DNA of 64,000 nucleotides from an uncultured Chromatiales bacterium (GTDB lineage Bacteria > Bacteroidota > Ignavibacteria > SZUA-365), in NCBI GenBank assembly GCA_964371045.1, contig CAYJMN010000015.1, positions 1,989 to 65,988 of the forward strand. Direction: 5' to 3'. The position numbers were made by a program, and so were the translations under genes. Every line of letters begins with the position of its first letter. Positions within the stretch are counted from its first letter, which is position 1. Shown here one piece after another: positions 36,672-46,679 of this stretch. The notes beneath the pieces were generated by a model. It was given only the letters and a program-made list of their open reading frames with translations. It had not been told where the DNA came from and made no database searches.

Positions 36672-38210
36672 TTATTCAAGGGGGCCGAGTGTATCTTCAA
36701 CGTCCGATAAAATAGCATTTTTTTCCACCAGCTGCGCAATCGACACGAGGTCGTCGTGCAGGAAGCGGTCCTCCGCGAGGTGCGGCACAGCCGAACGGAT
36801 ACGGTCGTGCGCGTTTTTGCTGCCTTTCCCGGGAATGAGTGGCTTGTGGAAATCCAGTGCCTGCGCGGCGGTCATGAATTCAATGGCGTTCACCTGTTCC
36901 AGATTGCGCATGATCTGCCAGGCCTTGCGCGCGCCGATGGCGCCCATGCTGTTATGATCTTCCTGGTTCGCGGACGTCGGGATGGAATCCACGCTGGCGG
37001 GGTGAGCAAGCACCTTGTTCTCGGATACCAGCGCGGCGGCGGTGTATTGGGCGATCATCAGTCCGGAATGCAGTCCACCTTTTTCAGTGAGGAAACGGGG
37101 GAGGCCGCTCAGTTTTCCGTTGACCATACGCTCGACCCTGCGTTCCGAGATATTCGCGAGTTCCGCCATCGCGATGCCGAGAAAATCCGCCGCGAGAGCA
37201 ACCGGCTGGCCGTGGAAATTGCCGCCTTCGATAAGACGCTCTGATTCGGCAAATATGAGGGGATTATCCGTTGCCGAGTTTATCTCGCGAAGCAGTACTT
37301 GCCCAACGTACCCGATCGCATCCCGCGAGGCGCCGTGCACCTGCGGCATGCAGCGAAGCGAATAGCTGTCTTGCACGACATCGTGGTCATGCAGATGCGA
37401 TGCGCGGATTTCACTGCCTTCCAGGATGCGCAGAATATTGCGGGCGACGGCCTGCTGACCGGGATGGGGACGGACCGCATGCAGCAGCGGATCACAGGCA
37501 TTGGTCGTCCCGAGCAGCGCTTCCAGCGACATGGAACCGGCTATGTCCACCTGCCGCATCAGCGATTGCGCGCGCGATGTAGTAAAGGTCAGGTAGGCGG
37601 TCATCATTTGCGTGCCGTTGATGAGCGCAAGCCCTTCCTTCGCCGCCAGGATCACCGGGGTCAGTCCTGCGCGCTGCAATGCCTCTCCACTCGCCTCCGT
37701 GCCGCCATCCGCGCGCCAGCATCTGGCCAGGCCCATCATGCCGGTGACGAGATGCGCGAGCTGCACGAGATCGCCACTCGAGCCGACGGAGCCTTGCGAA
37801 GGGAGCACCGGCACGATGTCCTTGTTCAGCATGTCCAGCAGTAGTTGCACCGTGCTGACGCGGATGCCGGAGAAGCCTTTCGCAAGTGCGTTGGCGCGCA
37901 ACAGCATGAGAATGCGCGTGATATGTTTGGGGATGGGATCGCCGCACCCCACAGCGTGGCTGAGGATCAGGTTTCGCTGCAGCTCTTCGAGCGAATCCGC
38001 CCCGATGTGCACGTTGCTGAATTCCCCGAATCCTGTTGTGATGCCGTACATGATGCGATTGTCGCGGACCCATTGCTCCACCAGTTCGCGTACGGCTTCC
38101 ATACGCGGCAGGGCCTCCGGAGAAAGCGCGACAAGAACCTCGCGGTTCGCGACGGTGATAACGTCATCGAGGGTGAGGGAATTACCGTCAAGAAAAAGTG
38201 TTGCGCTCAT
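36672..38210 (-). CDS. hutH: Histidine ammonia-lyase
   Basis: YGITTGFG, NLILSHAVG, GSVGSSGDL (MIO triad), KEGLALINGT, QDSYSLRC, GGNFHGQP, QEDHNSMG. Confidence 0.93.
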   Translation of the reverse strand: MSATLFLDGNSLTLDDVITVANREVLVALSPEALPRMEAVRELVEQWVRDNRIMYGITTGFGEFSNVHIGADSLEELQRNLILSHAVGCGDPIPKHITRILMLLRANALAKGFSGIRVSTVQLLLDMLNKDIVPVLPSQGSVGSSGDLVQLAHLVTGMMGLARCWRADGGTEASGEALQRAGLTPVILAAKEGLALINGTQMMTAYLTFTTSRAQSLMRQVDIAGSMSLEALLGTTNACDPLLHAVRPHPGQQAVARNILRILEGSEIRASHLHDHDVVQDSYSLRCMPQVHGASRDAIGYVGQVLLREINSATDNPLIFAESERLIEGGNFHGQPVALAADFLGIAMAELANISERRVERMVNGKLSGLPRFLTEKGGLHSGLMIAQYTAAALVSENKVLAHPASVDSIPTSANQEDHNSMGAIGARKAWQIMRNLEQVNAIEFMTAAQALDFHKPLIPGKGSKNAHDRIRSAVPHLAEDRFLHDDLVSIAQLVEKNAILSDVEDTLGPLE

Positions 38211-38250
38211 AGTTGCAGAGAAGAATGTCCAAAAGAAACATAACTGTAAA

Positions 38251-38592
38251 ATGTACCGCGAAACGCCACCTCTTTCAACGTCTCGTGCCGAAAAATATTT
38301 TCAACTGCGCAAAGTAGCGGGGCCGGAAAACCGCAGCGACTACTCTATGTTCGATCCGGACCTGTTCTATCGCAATCATCTCCGCACTATGCAGACCGCG
38401 CGCAGCGACCGCGAGGTCGCCGAACGCTACCTTCGCGGCATGCATGACTCCGATGCGCCCGCGCTGGAAGGAATGCGCCGCAACCTGAGGAACATGCACG
38501 CATTCTACACCCGGATGGAGAGTTTTTTCAGCGATTTCAGCGCCTTGTGGCTCGAAGATAAGCAGCGCAGAGATAACGATCGAACGACCTGA
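38251..38592 (+). pseudogene. Possible N-terminally truncated GbsR/MarR-like regulator
   Basis: Reads KVAGPENRSDYSMFDPD...RRNLRNMHAFYTRMESFF, resembling the wing and C-terminal helices of GbsR-type regulators. No full HTH can be seen upstream. Confidence 0.4.
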
Positions 38593-38914
38593 TTCGACGA
38601 GGCAACAGCTATGCGACACGAACACATCCCGGAACCGTCCTCCACGTCCCGGGAGAACCATACCGGATACCTTCTTCGATGATAAAGTCTGCGCTCATCG
38701 CGGCGGTACCATCGCCACCGTGGAGAGGTCTCGGAAATACTTCAGGGAGCAATCGGCTGCGGTTCACGACAGACCGCCGCAGCACCGCGGCGAGAGCGCG
38801 ACCGGGGGCGCATCGTAAAGGATGCCGCGAAAGGTCCGATTCGTCTTGTCTCTCCAGTAAAAGGCCCGTAGATTTGATTTATTGCTTGCATCCACCATCA
38901 CCTGGAGTACTGTC

Positions 38915-39682
38915 ATGAAGCTTCGCCTGTTGTCCCTGCTGCTCGTTCCCGCCCTGCTCCTCATCGCATGTTCAAACGATGACGATTCTACTCCGAACAC
39001 TCCCAACTATTCTATCACGATCTCCGGTGTGGTCCCTATTTCAGGGCCCGCAGGCGCGATCATTACGATCAAAGGTTCGAATTTCGGAACCAATGTATCC
39101 GAAATGCATATCCAATTCGGATCGGTGAGCGTTACGGCGATATCGCTTACGGACACGGAGATGAAGTTCAAGGTTCCCGCTGAACTCCCAAAGGGCGCCA
39201 CGACCATCGATCTGCAGCGCGTCACAGGAAAAAAGATGTCGATACAGTTCACCGTCGAAGATCCTATCGTCGGAATCTGGACTTCCGAAGGAGCGACCAA
39301 CATCGCTCCCCGGTTTTACGACGCACCGTTCAACATTCGCAAAATTACCGCATCGTTCAAGGCGGATGGATCTTACCTGGTCGTCCAGACCGACAGCAAC
39401 AACACCTCCCATACCGTGACAGGGATTTACGTCGCGATGACAGGCACCGCGCCTGCGCCCAACGATAAAATTCGTCTGATCACGGTCACGCAGGGAACTC
39501 CCACCGCGTTGATAGAGGAAGGGATTTACGAAGTGACTGTCGGCGACAGCGAGATCTCGATGCAGTACGAAGTCGTGCGGACAGAACCGCCGGTCGCGGG
39601 AGTTTCGAAGCCTACGGCCGAAGCGGGATTTGGCAGCAGCATGCCCGGTCAGGTCAACGTGCAGAGATTCGTGAAAAAGTAG
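38915..39682 (+). CDS. Lipoprotein with an IPT/TIG domain and a lipocalin-like C-terminal domain
   Basis: Lipobox LLIAC; PISGPAGAIITIKGSNFG (IPT); IVGIWTS...FKADGSY. Confidence 0.82.
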   Translation: MKLRLLSLLLVPALLLIACSNDDDSTPNTPNYSITISGVVPISGPAGAIITIKGSNFGTNVSEMHIQFGSVSVTAISLTDTEMKFKVPAELPKGATTIDLQRVTGKKMSIQFTVEDPIVGIWTSEGATNIAPRFYDAPFNIRKITASFKADGSYLVVQTDSNNTSHTVTGIYVAMTGTAPAPNDKIRLITVTQGTPTALIEEGIYEVTVGDSEISMQYEVVRTEPPVAGVSKPTAEAGFGSSMPGQVNVQRFVKK

Positions 39683-39731
39683 TTTCAAAAAGCGCAACGG
39701 ACGGCCGGATTGCGATCCGCCTCACTCAGGT

Positions 39732-39927
39732 ATGCAGCGTGGCAGATCGCAAGCCGCAGCCCCCGTCATCACGATTTTCCGTCGTTGGGTGAGCTTGATG
39801 AAATGACCATGTGTTCTTTTCCCTGCCCTTTGATCGGTGCCGTATCCCTTGTTCGGGATACATGCTTCAGCTTGAGCGGCCCGACAACGTCAACGAGGCC
39901 ATCGCGACCTTCGTCGGAGCGCAGTGA
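39732..39927 (+). pseudogene. Frameshifted remnant of an alpha/beta-hydrolase C-terminus
   Basis: Three frames give APVITIF, LGELDEMT and IPCSGYMLQLERPDNVNEAIATF-stop, matching the PVLVIxGExD...IPxxGHxxxLERPxxVNxAI pattern. Confidence 0.5.
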
Positions 39928-40519
39928 AGCGCATTGCGCCGCCGATGCGTTCAATCGGCGGACTCGAATGAAATCGTGAACCCAGCAGCAAGCTGGCTAA
40001 CAGCGCAAGCACGCCGGCCTGCGCCAAAACCAGCCACAGAGGGAGCACGTCGATAACCATCCCCGCAGGCGTGAACCACATCCAATCCCATTCCCGCGGC
40101 AGCGCGCGCATCGTCAATCCGTAGTACATCAAATCGCAGGTCCCTCCCCACCACAACAGCAAGGAGGCCGCGGCTGCGCGTCCTCCGGCGCTGAACCACA
40201 CCATTGCCGTCAAAACGGTTTGAAACGTCACCTGGAGTATCCTGTACGCGTTCAGAGACGCGGCGTAGGCGGGACTGAGGGCGGGTAGTTCCTTCAATGT
40301 GTCCGTCGCGGTGGAATCCGTCATCACAAGGAAATCGTAGCCGAACACATCATACATGGAGAAAGCGCACAACCAGACCACCACCGCGCTATAGCGGCGA
40401 AGAACCGGATCTCTGGCGATGAACAGGAGGAAGAGAAACACCGCCGCGACAAGCCCCGCATATCCCGTGCAGGTGCGGGTAAAAAGCAGCTCCGCGATGT
40501 TATATAACGAAAGCTCCAT
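39890..40519 (-). CDS. Hypothetical multi-pass membrane protein
   Basis: About 4-5 hydrophobic segments; WWGGTCDLMYY and WDWMWFTPAG motifs. The C-terminal tail may be read-through. Confidence 0.6.
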   Translation of the reverse strand: MELSLYNIAELLFTRTCTGYAGLVAAVFLFLLFIARDPVLRRYSAVVVWLCAFSMYDVFGYDFLVMTDSTATDTLKELPALSPAYAASLNAYRILQVTFQTVLTAMVWFSAGGRAAAASLLLWWGGTCDLMYYGLTMRALPREWDWMWFTPAGMVIDVLPLWLVLAQAGVLALLASLLLGSRFHSSPPIERIGGAMRFTALRRRSRWPR

Positions 40520-40525
40520 CCCGAA

Positions 40526-41164
40526 TCAGGATTGCCGCGGATCCTTGAACAGCCAGGGCTTGAACACGCGCGTCATCATCGGCATGACCGCATAGGTCAT
40601 GAGCAACACCATCACCGCGGCAATGATCATGATGCGGGTCCACATCGGGAGAAAATAGAGCAGCCATAACAACAGCGGCTGCAGGATCAGGACCAGGGGA
40701 AACAACGCGAGCCAGGTGACGACCGCCATCTTGATCCGGGGCGGAGCGTCATACTCGGGAAGATCCTCTAGTGAAAACCAGTACTCAAGACCCGAGAGAC
40801 GATGGATGTGCGTCTCGCCGACGATCAGATCCTGCACGCGCTGAACCCAGCGATGCCGGATTACCGAGGTCTCCCAGTCCTCCAGATGTTGGTAGGTGTC
40901 GAAGCGGAAAATGATGATGTATTCCGGACGCGATTTGCTCGCGGGGCGAATGATGTTGGTGCCGAGATGCCCGGGGAAACGCATCGCGTCACCTCCAACG
41001 CCTTTCAGCCACAGCTCGAATTGCTCCTCCATCCCTGGCTTCGCCGTGCGTCGGATAACGGCCGTGACCGGTCCCTCGCTCTGTGCGATTGCGGGATCGA
41101 CGCCGCCATCGTTGCGCGATGGCAGTGGAGCTTCGGGGATCGCCGGTCCTCTGGTGTCTTTCAT
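40526..41164 (-). CDS. Antibiotic biosynthesis monooxygenase (ABM)-like domain with two C-terminal TM helices
   Basis: PVTAVIRRTAKPGMEEQFELW, FPGHLG, FRFDTYQHLEDWETS, GLEYWF, PPRIKMAVVTW. The likely start is ATG at 41164. Confidence 0.85.
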   Translation of the reverse strand: MKDTRGPAIPEAPLPSRNDGGVDPAIAQSEGPVTAVIRRTAKPGMEEQFELWLKGVGGDAMRFPGHLGTNIIRPASKSRPEYIIIFRFDTYQHLEDWETSVIRHRWVQRVQDLIVGETHIHRLSGLEYWFSLEDLPEYDAPPRIKMAVVTWLALFPLVLILQPLLLWLLYFLPMWTRIMIIAAVMVLLMTYAVMPMMTRVFKPWLFKDPRQS

Positions 41165-41191
41165 ATCGAGATAATATACCATTCGAATGCA

Positions 41192-41270
41192 GGAATCGGG
41201 AATCGGGAATTGAGGGAAGAGGAAATTCAAGAATGGAACGCAAAGCCGCAAAGATGCAAAGGCGCAAAGG
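41192..41270. repeat. Short tandem repeats (heptamer then octamer)
   Basis: ggaatcg-ggaatcg-ggaattg at 41192-41212; cgcaaagc-cgcaaaga-tgcaaagg-cgcaaagg at 41239-41270. Confidence 0.7.
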
Positions 41271-41382
41271 GAGTTTTTCGAAGGGAATTCCCGATACTCA
41301 GCTCGGATTATCACATAGCGTCTCTGTTGTCTGCTGGTCTCCGTATTCACCCTTCACCTTTCCGCTCCCTTTTCAAGTGTGC

Positions 41383-43305
41383 TCATTTAACCACCAAAAA
41401 CGCCCTGTGAAAAACCTGCGGTCCATCGTGCAGGCGGGCGATGTACAGGCCGGTTGTAGCGCGGTGGCCAAAGGTATCGAGACCGTTCCAGGTAATGTCG
41501 GTGCGGCCGGAGGCTGTGGACCCGGGAAACGAAGCAACCGTGCGACCGAGAGCATCGACGATCTGAAGCCTTGTGGAGGTCGTGGTAGTGGAGAGCTCAA
41601 ACTGCAATCCGCTGCCTGTCTGTGCGAAGGGTTGAGGAAAAACGTTCAGGATTCCGTGCATCCCGCCCACGCCAGGCTGCGCCGCCGAAGACAGGGGCGA
41701 AGAAAGCTGAAACGTAATCACCGCCGGCGATGCTGGACCGAAATGGAGCGTGTTGCTCGCGAAAAGAGTATCGCCTTCGGTGTACATCGAGCCGCCATTG
41801 TTGAGGTTGCGATCGAAGCGCGGCCAGTTCGAGGACGTCAGCACCACCCGGATGCGATGTCCCGATAAAAACGTATGCGCGATATCCGGAAGTGTGATAC
41901 CTGTGGTGTACGGAACTCCCGGTGTGAGCGCCGACTCGGAACGCGTCCCGTCGCGGAAACGCATGCGTCGTATTCCGTCGCTCAGAATAATGGATCGACC
42001 GTCGGGGTGCACATCGCAGAGCCTGACGGCGATGTCGGTGTCCGTGCGATCCGATGAAAGCGTCACCGCGACTTCGACAGGACCAGCGGTCACGACCGGC
42101 GTTGTCAGTTCGCTGGATGTGAACAGTCGGGCGTCTTCGCGGGACTCAACTGCGTCGGAAATATCCAGCGGACCTGGCTTCGCGGACGCGTCGAAGGGAT
42201 TGAATCGCGCCGCACCGATCGACGGCGATGGATCGCGTGGGTCATACCTCAGCGAGAGTGCGCCATCGGTGGCGGGTGCTTCGGGATGCAGAGTCCCGCT
42301 TGAATGCAGATGGAGCGCGAAGGGGATGCGTGATCGCAGGTCCCAGCCATCAAGCGACTTCCACGAATCTTCACCCATTTGATAGTACCGCACCGCGGGG
42401 AGCAGCGGCCAGCCGTTCTTGGCGCCGAGAAGATGGTAGGCGAAAAACTGGAGCGCGGCGTCATAAAAATACCTGGCGGCGTTCGGGAAACTCAAATCAC
42501 CCTGCTCCTCGAGATCGACCTCGCTGTGCGACCAGGGCCCCATGATCATCTTGTGCGAGTTACGCACCGGCTCCGCGCTGCGCTCCCGGAGGTCGGCGAA
42601 GGCCCTGAGCACGGCTGCGGGATAGTGATCGAACCACCCGCTGCACATCAGCAGCGGTACGGCGATGTCTTCAGGATAGTCCGTCTGCGTTTTCACGAAA
42701 TCCCAATAGGTGTTCTCGACTGGCCGGGCTGTGATGGTTCCTGGTGGATAAAACCCCAACCTTTCCAATGTCCCTGTATGTTCGTAACGCAGAACACCGT
42801 GGAAATAATAATCGCTGTACTCGGTTCTGTAATCGATGATGGACGGTGCGGCGCACACGAGATGCGGCGGATGATGACGCGCGGTCTGGAACTGTATCGC
42901 TCCGAGCGCCGAGCCCCCGTACGTACCTACCTTGCCGTTGCACCATGCCTGCGTGGCGATCCATTCCACGATGTCGTAGCCGTCAAGTCCTCGGTCATAT
43001 CCCGCCACGGCGGCATCCTTTGAAGCATAAAATCCGCGCCAGTCCACGAACACGTAATGATAGGAATTTGTATCAAGAGGAAAAGTGGATTCCTTTCTGC
43101 CGAGGCTGAAGCGGTACAGCAGCTTGTTGTACGGGGTTTGTATGAGAATGACGGGTTTCGCCGCGGCGCCGTCCCCGATGTAGAGGTCCGCTTTGAGGGC
43201 GTTGCCATCCCTGACTGGAATATCCGTTTCGGTGAACTGGAGCTGCGCCCTGATGGGAGATGCGAGAAGCAGCATGATCGCGAGTACCGGAAGCCGTCGT
43301 TTCAT
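41383..43305 (-). CDS. CocE/NonD family serine hydrolase with T9SS CTD
   Basis: ILIQTPYNK, GTYGGSALG, GWFDHY, GPWSH, SSNWPRFDRNLN; CTD VFPQPF...IVDALGR...GLYIARL. The likely start is ATG at 43305. Confidence 0.9.
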   Translation of the reverse strand: MKRRLPVLAIMLLLASPIRAQLQFTETDIPVRDGNALKADLYIGDGAAAKPVILIQTPYNKLLYRFSLGRKESTFPLDTNSYHYVFVDWRGFYASKDAAVAGYDRGLDGYDIVEWIATQAWCNGKVGTYGGSALGAIQFQTARHHPPHLVCAAPSIIDYRTEYSDYYFHGVLRYEHTGTLERLGFYPPGTITARPVENTYWDFVKTQTDYPEDIAVPLLMCSGWFDHYPAAVLRAFADLRERSAEPVRNSHKMIMGPWSHSEVDLEEQGDLSFPNAARYFYDAALQFFAYHLLGAKNGWPLLPAVRYYQMGEDSWKSLDGWDLRSRIPFALHLHSSGTLHPEAPATDGALSLRYDPRDPSPSIGAARFNPFDASAKPGPLDISDAVESREDARLFTSSELTTPVVTAGPVEVAVTLSSDRTDTDIAVRLCDVHPDGRSIILSDGIRRMRFRDGTRSESALTPGVPYTTGITLPDIAHTFLSGHRIRVVLTSSNWPRFDRNLNNGGSMYTEGDTLFASNTLHFGPASPAVITFQLSSPLSSAAQPGVGGMHGILNVFPQPFAQTGSGLQFELSTTTTSTRLQIVDALGRTVASFPGSTASGRTDITWNGLDTFGHRATTGLYIARLHDGPQVFHRAFLVVK

Positions 43306-43372
43306 AGCGTTGCAAGCAAAGTGAGACAGATCGCGTTTGACAACCTGCGAGCGCTGACGGTTTAGTTCTGCG

Positions 43373-44224
43373 TCACTCCGGAGAAACACTGAGTATCCCG
43401 CCTTTCCTGAGCATGGGGTAATGAACGTAGGCTGGGCCGAGTTCGCTCGCGTCCGCCGCAAGGCTGTTGAGCAGCGCCAAGGGAATCTGATGCCGCTTGG
43501 GCAGAATATACGCAAGGATTTCGTAGCGTCCGGTTTTGAGGGTCCCTGCCGGTATGATGAGCATCAGCGAACGCGTGTAGGGAACGATCCCGAGCTTCAC
43601 ATAGTCGGTGATTTCAATACCGGTTACGACGGTTTTAAGCACGCGGGCTTCACCGGTGACGAGGTTGTGCAGAACGATGGGGCCCTCGACGCCATTCAAT
43701 GAGCGAGGGAAGTACACTTCAGCAGTTTCGCCGTTGGATCGCAGCCGCACCGTCATGCTGATTGTTCGCGGTGAATCGGCTTCGATGCGATCACGGCTGA
43801 GAATCGTCTCGATTGAGAACAGCTCCTGCATGAACATCGGGGAACGGAGTATGCCATTTTCGTCGATCGACTCTGTGGGAAGCGAGAAAGCGCCGTTCTT
43901 GACAGCGGTGCGGATAACAGCCGTGCGGTAATTTCCGAGGAATGCGTAGAGATTGAATGTGCCGCTTACCCCGCCAGTGGTGGACTGCGATATGGCCGGT
44001 GGAAGCGTGAGCACGAAGCGTCCGTCCTCGGCGCTCCGCGTGGCCGTACCGAATCCTTCAAGCCAGAGATACACGCCGGAATGATCGCCCTGATTACTGA
44101 GCGTCACGCTGCCGGAGAGGCGGCGATGCGATCCGCTGACAGGAGCATCGCTTTCGAACGGATTGTCCGTGCACGCCGGGATCGTGCATACAACAAATGC
44201 GATCGCCGAAAAAACCCGCATCAT
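43373..44224 (-). CDS. Putative lipoprotein with a carboxypeptidase-regulatory-like beta domain
   Basis: Signal ending IPAC-TDNP; LSGSVTLSNQGDHSGVYLWL...DGRFVL. Confidence 0.7.
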   Translation of the reverse strand: MMRVFSAIAFVVCTIPACTDNPFESDAPVSGSHRRLSGSVTLSNQGDHSGVYLWLEGFGTATRSAEDGRFVLTLPPAISQSTTGGVSGTFNLYAFLGNYRTAVIRTAVKNGAFSLPTESIDENGILRSPMFMQELFSIETILSRDRIEADSPRTISMTVRLRSNGETAEVYFPRSLNGVEGPIVLHNLVTGEARVLKTVVTGIEITDYVKLGIVPYTRSLMLIIPAGTLKTGRYEILAYILPKRHQIPLALLNSLAADASELGPAYVHYPMLRKGGILSVSPE

Positions 44225-44246
44225 GGAGATTCGAAGTTGTCGAGTG

Positions 44247-46517
44247 TTAATATTGCGCGCCGATCGTGACATAGTATCTCCTGTCGCGCAGTGCCAACCC
44301 GGAAAGCAGCAGGTCGCTGTCGTTCAGTATGTTGCGCAGACTGATGTTGAAGAAGGCGCCGACGCCGCCGAAGGTAAATGACGATCCGGCATGGATATCG
44401 ATATTCCGGAATGACGGCAACGACGCCTCCGCGAAGTCCCCGTTCGAAAGCCGCAATATGCCGATCTGCTCTCCTTCCTGAAACGCAAGTATGCGGAAGG
44501 AATATCCGGCGTGACTGATCGACACCGCCATGGTGAATTTCGTCTCCGATCTGAACGGGAACGCGGAGAGATCGGATATGAAATACCGCGACAACCCGAT
44601 CTCCGCAAGCACCCGCTTCCCGGAAAAATAAACGCACGCGGTTCCCTCCAGGCCTGTGATGGAGGCTTCGTCGACATTATCGTAGAGAGTGACGGGAATT
44701 CCGGGCGTGCCGATGCTTCGTATCTTGTTGGTATAGTTATTCTGGAACAACCCGGCGTCGATTTCCCATCCCGAAATCAACGTACCTCTGAACGAGCGCG
44801 TGACGGACATCCCCAACTCCACACTCCGATTTGTTTCCGCTTCCAACGTCCACCCGACGATGCCGGTATCAAGGAGCGCCGGAACGTTCGCCTGCTGGGA
44901 CAGCGTCGGAAACCTGACGTTGTTGCCGTAACTCATGAACATGTCAAGGAGGATGTCATCCTGAATGCCGGACAGACTTACGGCGAATTTGAACACGGAA
45001 TGTGACCAGTCGCGCGACGTGGGCAGCGGAGCATCGGCGCTGCCTTCGCGGAGAAGGACATCGGAAAGGCCGTCGCGCGCGATATCGTGCCGCACGGCTA
45101 CGTCGAAATCGAAGGACCGCAGAAAAGGCGATCCCGTTTCCCCATGCAGCTTCCCCACGGCCGCGATCGCATGCTGCGAACGATTCATGGTGAACGCCTC
45201 GAAACCGAGCGGCTGCTCAAGCACATTGCGCTGCACATCGCTCAACGCAAGCGTGCTCCGTGCGAATTGATACGACAGCAGCAACTCGCTCCCTCCAAAT
45301 TCCCAGAGCCTCTCCGCGCGTGCCCGCACGGTGTTGTCGTCCGAATCCCGCGCGATGGAATGCGTCCCGGCGTCGAGTCGTACATCGCGATCCAGTCTGC
45401 TCCACCCGGCGGCGACGAACACGTTGTCCACACCCGCGACGGTGCCACGATACTGAGCACCGGCAATGCTCGATGCCGTGGCGAGCGATTCCGCGTCGCG
45501 TTCATTCACATATTCCGCGCCGACAGATCGGAAGTTCAATCGCAGCTTTCCCGCCGAGCCTTCTCCTGAAGGAACGTCGAATCCGAGGTATGCCGAATGA
45601 TTGAGGAAGGTGTTCAGGAGCTTGTCTTCAGGTACGTCATCGAAGGCCCGCTTCGTCGCTCCGTTTCGCACGCTATAGCTGCCGTTCCACCGGCCGAACC
45701 TCCGATACAGTTGAACGCCCCACGTTCCGGCGTCCCAGGAGCCGATCTGCTGCTGGACTCGAATCGTATACGGGCGCTCCTCCCTTGGTACGATGTTGAT
45801 GACGCCTGAGAATGCATCGGAACCGTACAATGTGGTGTTGCTCCCCTTGATCAATTCGAAACGTTCGATATCGGCAAGATCGATCAAGGAAAGATCGAAG
45901 CTGTTGTCGCTGCTTTCGTTGATCTTCATGCCGTCGTACAGCACGATGACGTCGTCGGGATTGCCTCCGCGCATGGAAAGGGTCTTCCGCCCGCTGAACT
46001 CCTCGTCGACCTGAATTGCGTGGTTGTTTTGCAGGAGGTCGCCGGCATCGGTGAAACCTCGCCCTTCGAAATCCCGTGCCTCGATGTTGGTGACGGAAAG
46101 CTGGATGTCGCGAGCGGCGATCCCCTCGGGACGCCGGCCCGAGATCTCTGCCGTTTGGAGGGGAATGATTCGGGGTTCGAGCAGCACTGTGGGTTTGCCG
46201 CGAAGTTCGCCGATGCTCAACTGCACCTGGTCATACGAGACGTGGCGAAAGGTGATGAGCTGGTCGTCAGCGGCTTCGGGAATCAGCAATACGAATCGTC
46301 CCGCCGCATCGGTTGTGGCGCCGCCGCGGTTCTCCACGGAAATATTGACGTCACCAATGGGCTGCCGTGTATTGTTGTCCAGCACTGTACCGCTTATTCT
46401 GACCGTCTGTGCAGACAGCATGGGCGCGACGATGAGCATAAGCAGCACGTGCGCGATGCGGAGCCCAATCCGCCGTGATAACGCGCCTGTCCCCTTGCTT
46501 GTCGATTGCCGCCTCAT
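44247..46517 (-). CDS. TonB-dependent receptor with an N-terminal carboxypeptidase-regulatory-like domain
   Basis: ISGTVLDNNTRQPI; plug MRGG...VLYDG...IERFELIKGSNTTLYGSDAFSGVINI; C-terminal RNILN...RRYYVTIGAQY. Confidence 0.9.
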   Translation of the reverse strand: MRRQSTSKGTGALSRRIGLRIAHVLLMLIVAPMLSAQTVRISGTVLDNNTRQPIGDVNISVENRGGATTDAAGRFVLLIPEAADDQLITFRHVSYDQVQLSIGELRGKPTVLLEPRIIPLQTAEISGRRPEGIAARDIQLSVTNIEARDFEGRGFTDAGDLLQNNHAIQVDEEFSGRKTLSMRGGNPDDVIVLYDGMKINESSDNSFDLSLIDLADIERFELIKGSNTTLYGSDAFSGVINIVPREERPYTIRVQQQIGSWDAGTWGVQLYRRFGRWNGSYSVRNGATKRAFDDVPEDKLLNTFLNHSAYLGFDVPSGEGSAGKLRLNFRSVGAEYVNERDAESLATASSIAGAQYRGTVAGVDNVFVAAGWSRLDRDVRLDAGTHSIARDSDDNTVRARAERLWEFGGSELLLSYQFARSTLALSDVQRNVLEQPLGFEAFTMNRSQHAIAAVGKLHGETGSPFLRSFDFDVAVRHDIARDGLSDVLLREGSADAPLPTSRDWSHSVFKFAVSLSGIQDDILLDMFMSYGNNVRFPTLSQQANVPALLDTGIVGWTLEAETNRSVELGMSVTRSFRGTLISGWEIDAGLFQNNYTNKIRSIGTPGIPVTLYDNVDEASITGLEGTACVYFSGKRVLAEIGLSRYFISDLSAFPFRSETKFTMAVSISHAGYSFRILAFQEGEQIGILRLSNGDFAEASLPSFRNIDIHAGSSFTFGGVGAFFNISLRNILNDSDLLLSGLALRDRRYYVTIGAQY

Positions 46518-46679
46518 GCCTGGCTTTCCTCATGTCATTAATCGCGGAGTGTCGGCTGTCTGCTTCGCCTCAAGGTACGGTGCTTGCCGATCCACGTAGT
46601 TGATCACCATTCAATATAGACACCAATTATGCAATATGGTTTCGAAAATACGTACGCGGATTTTCGCGGAAATCAAATG

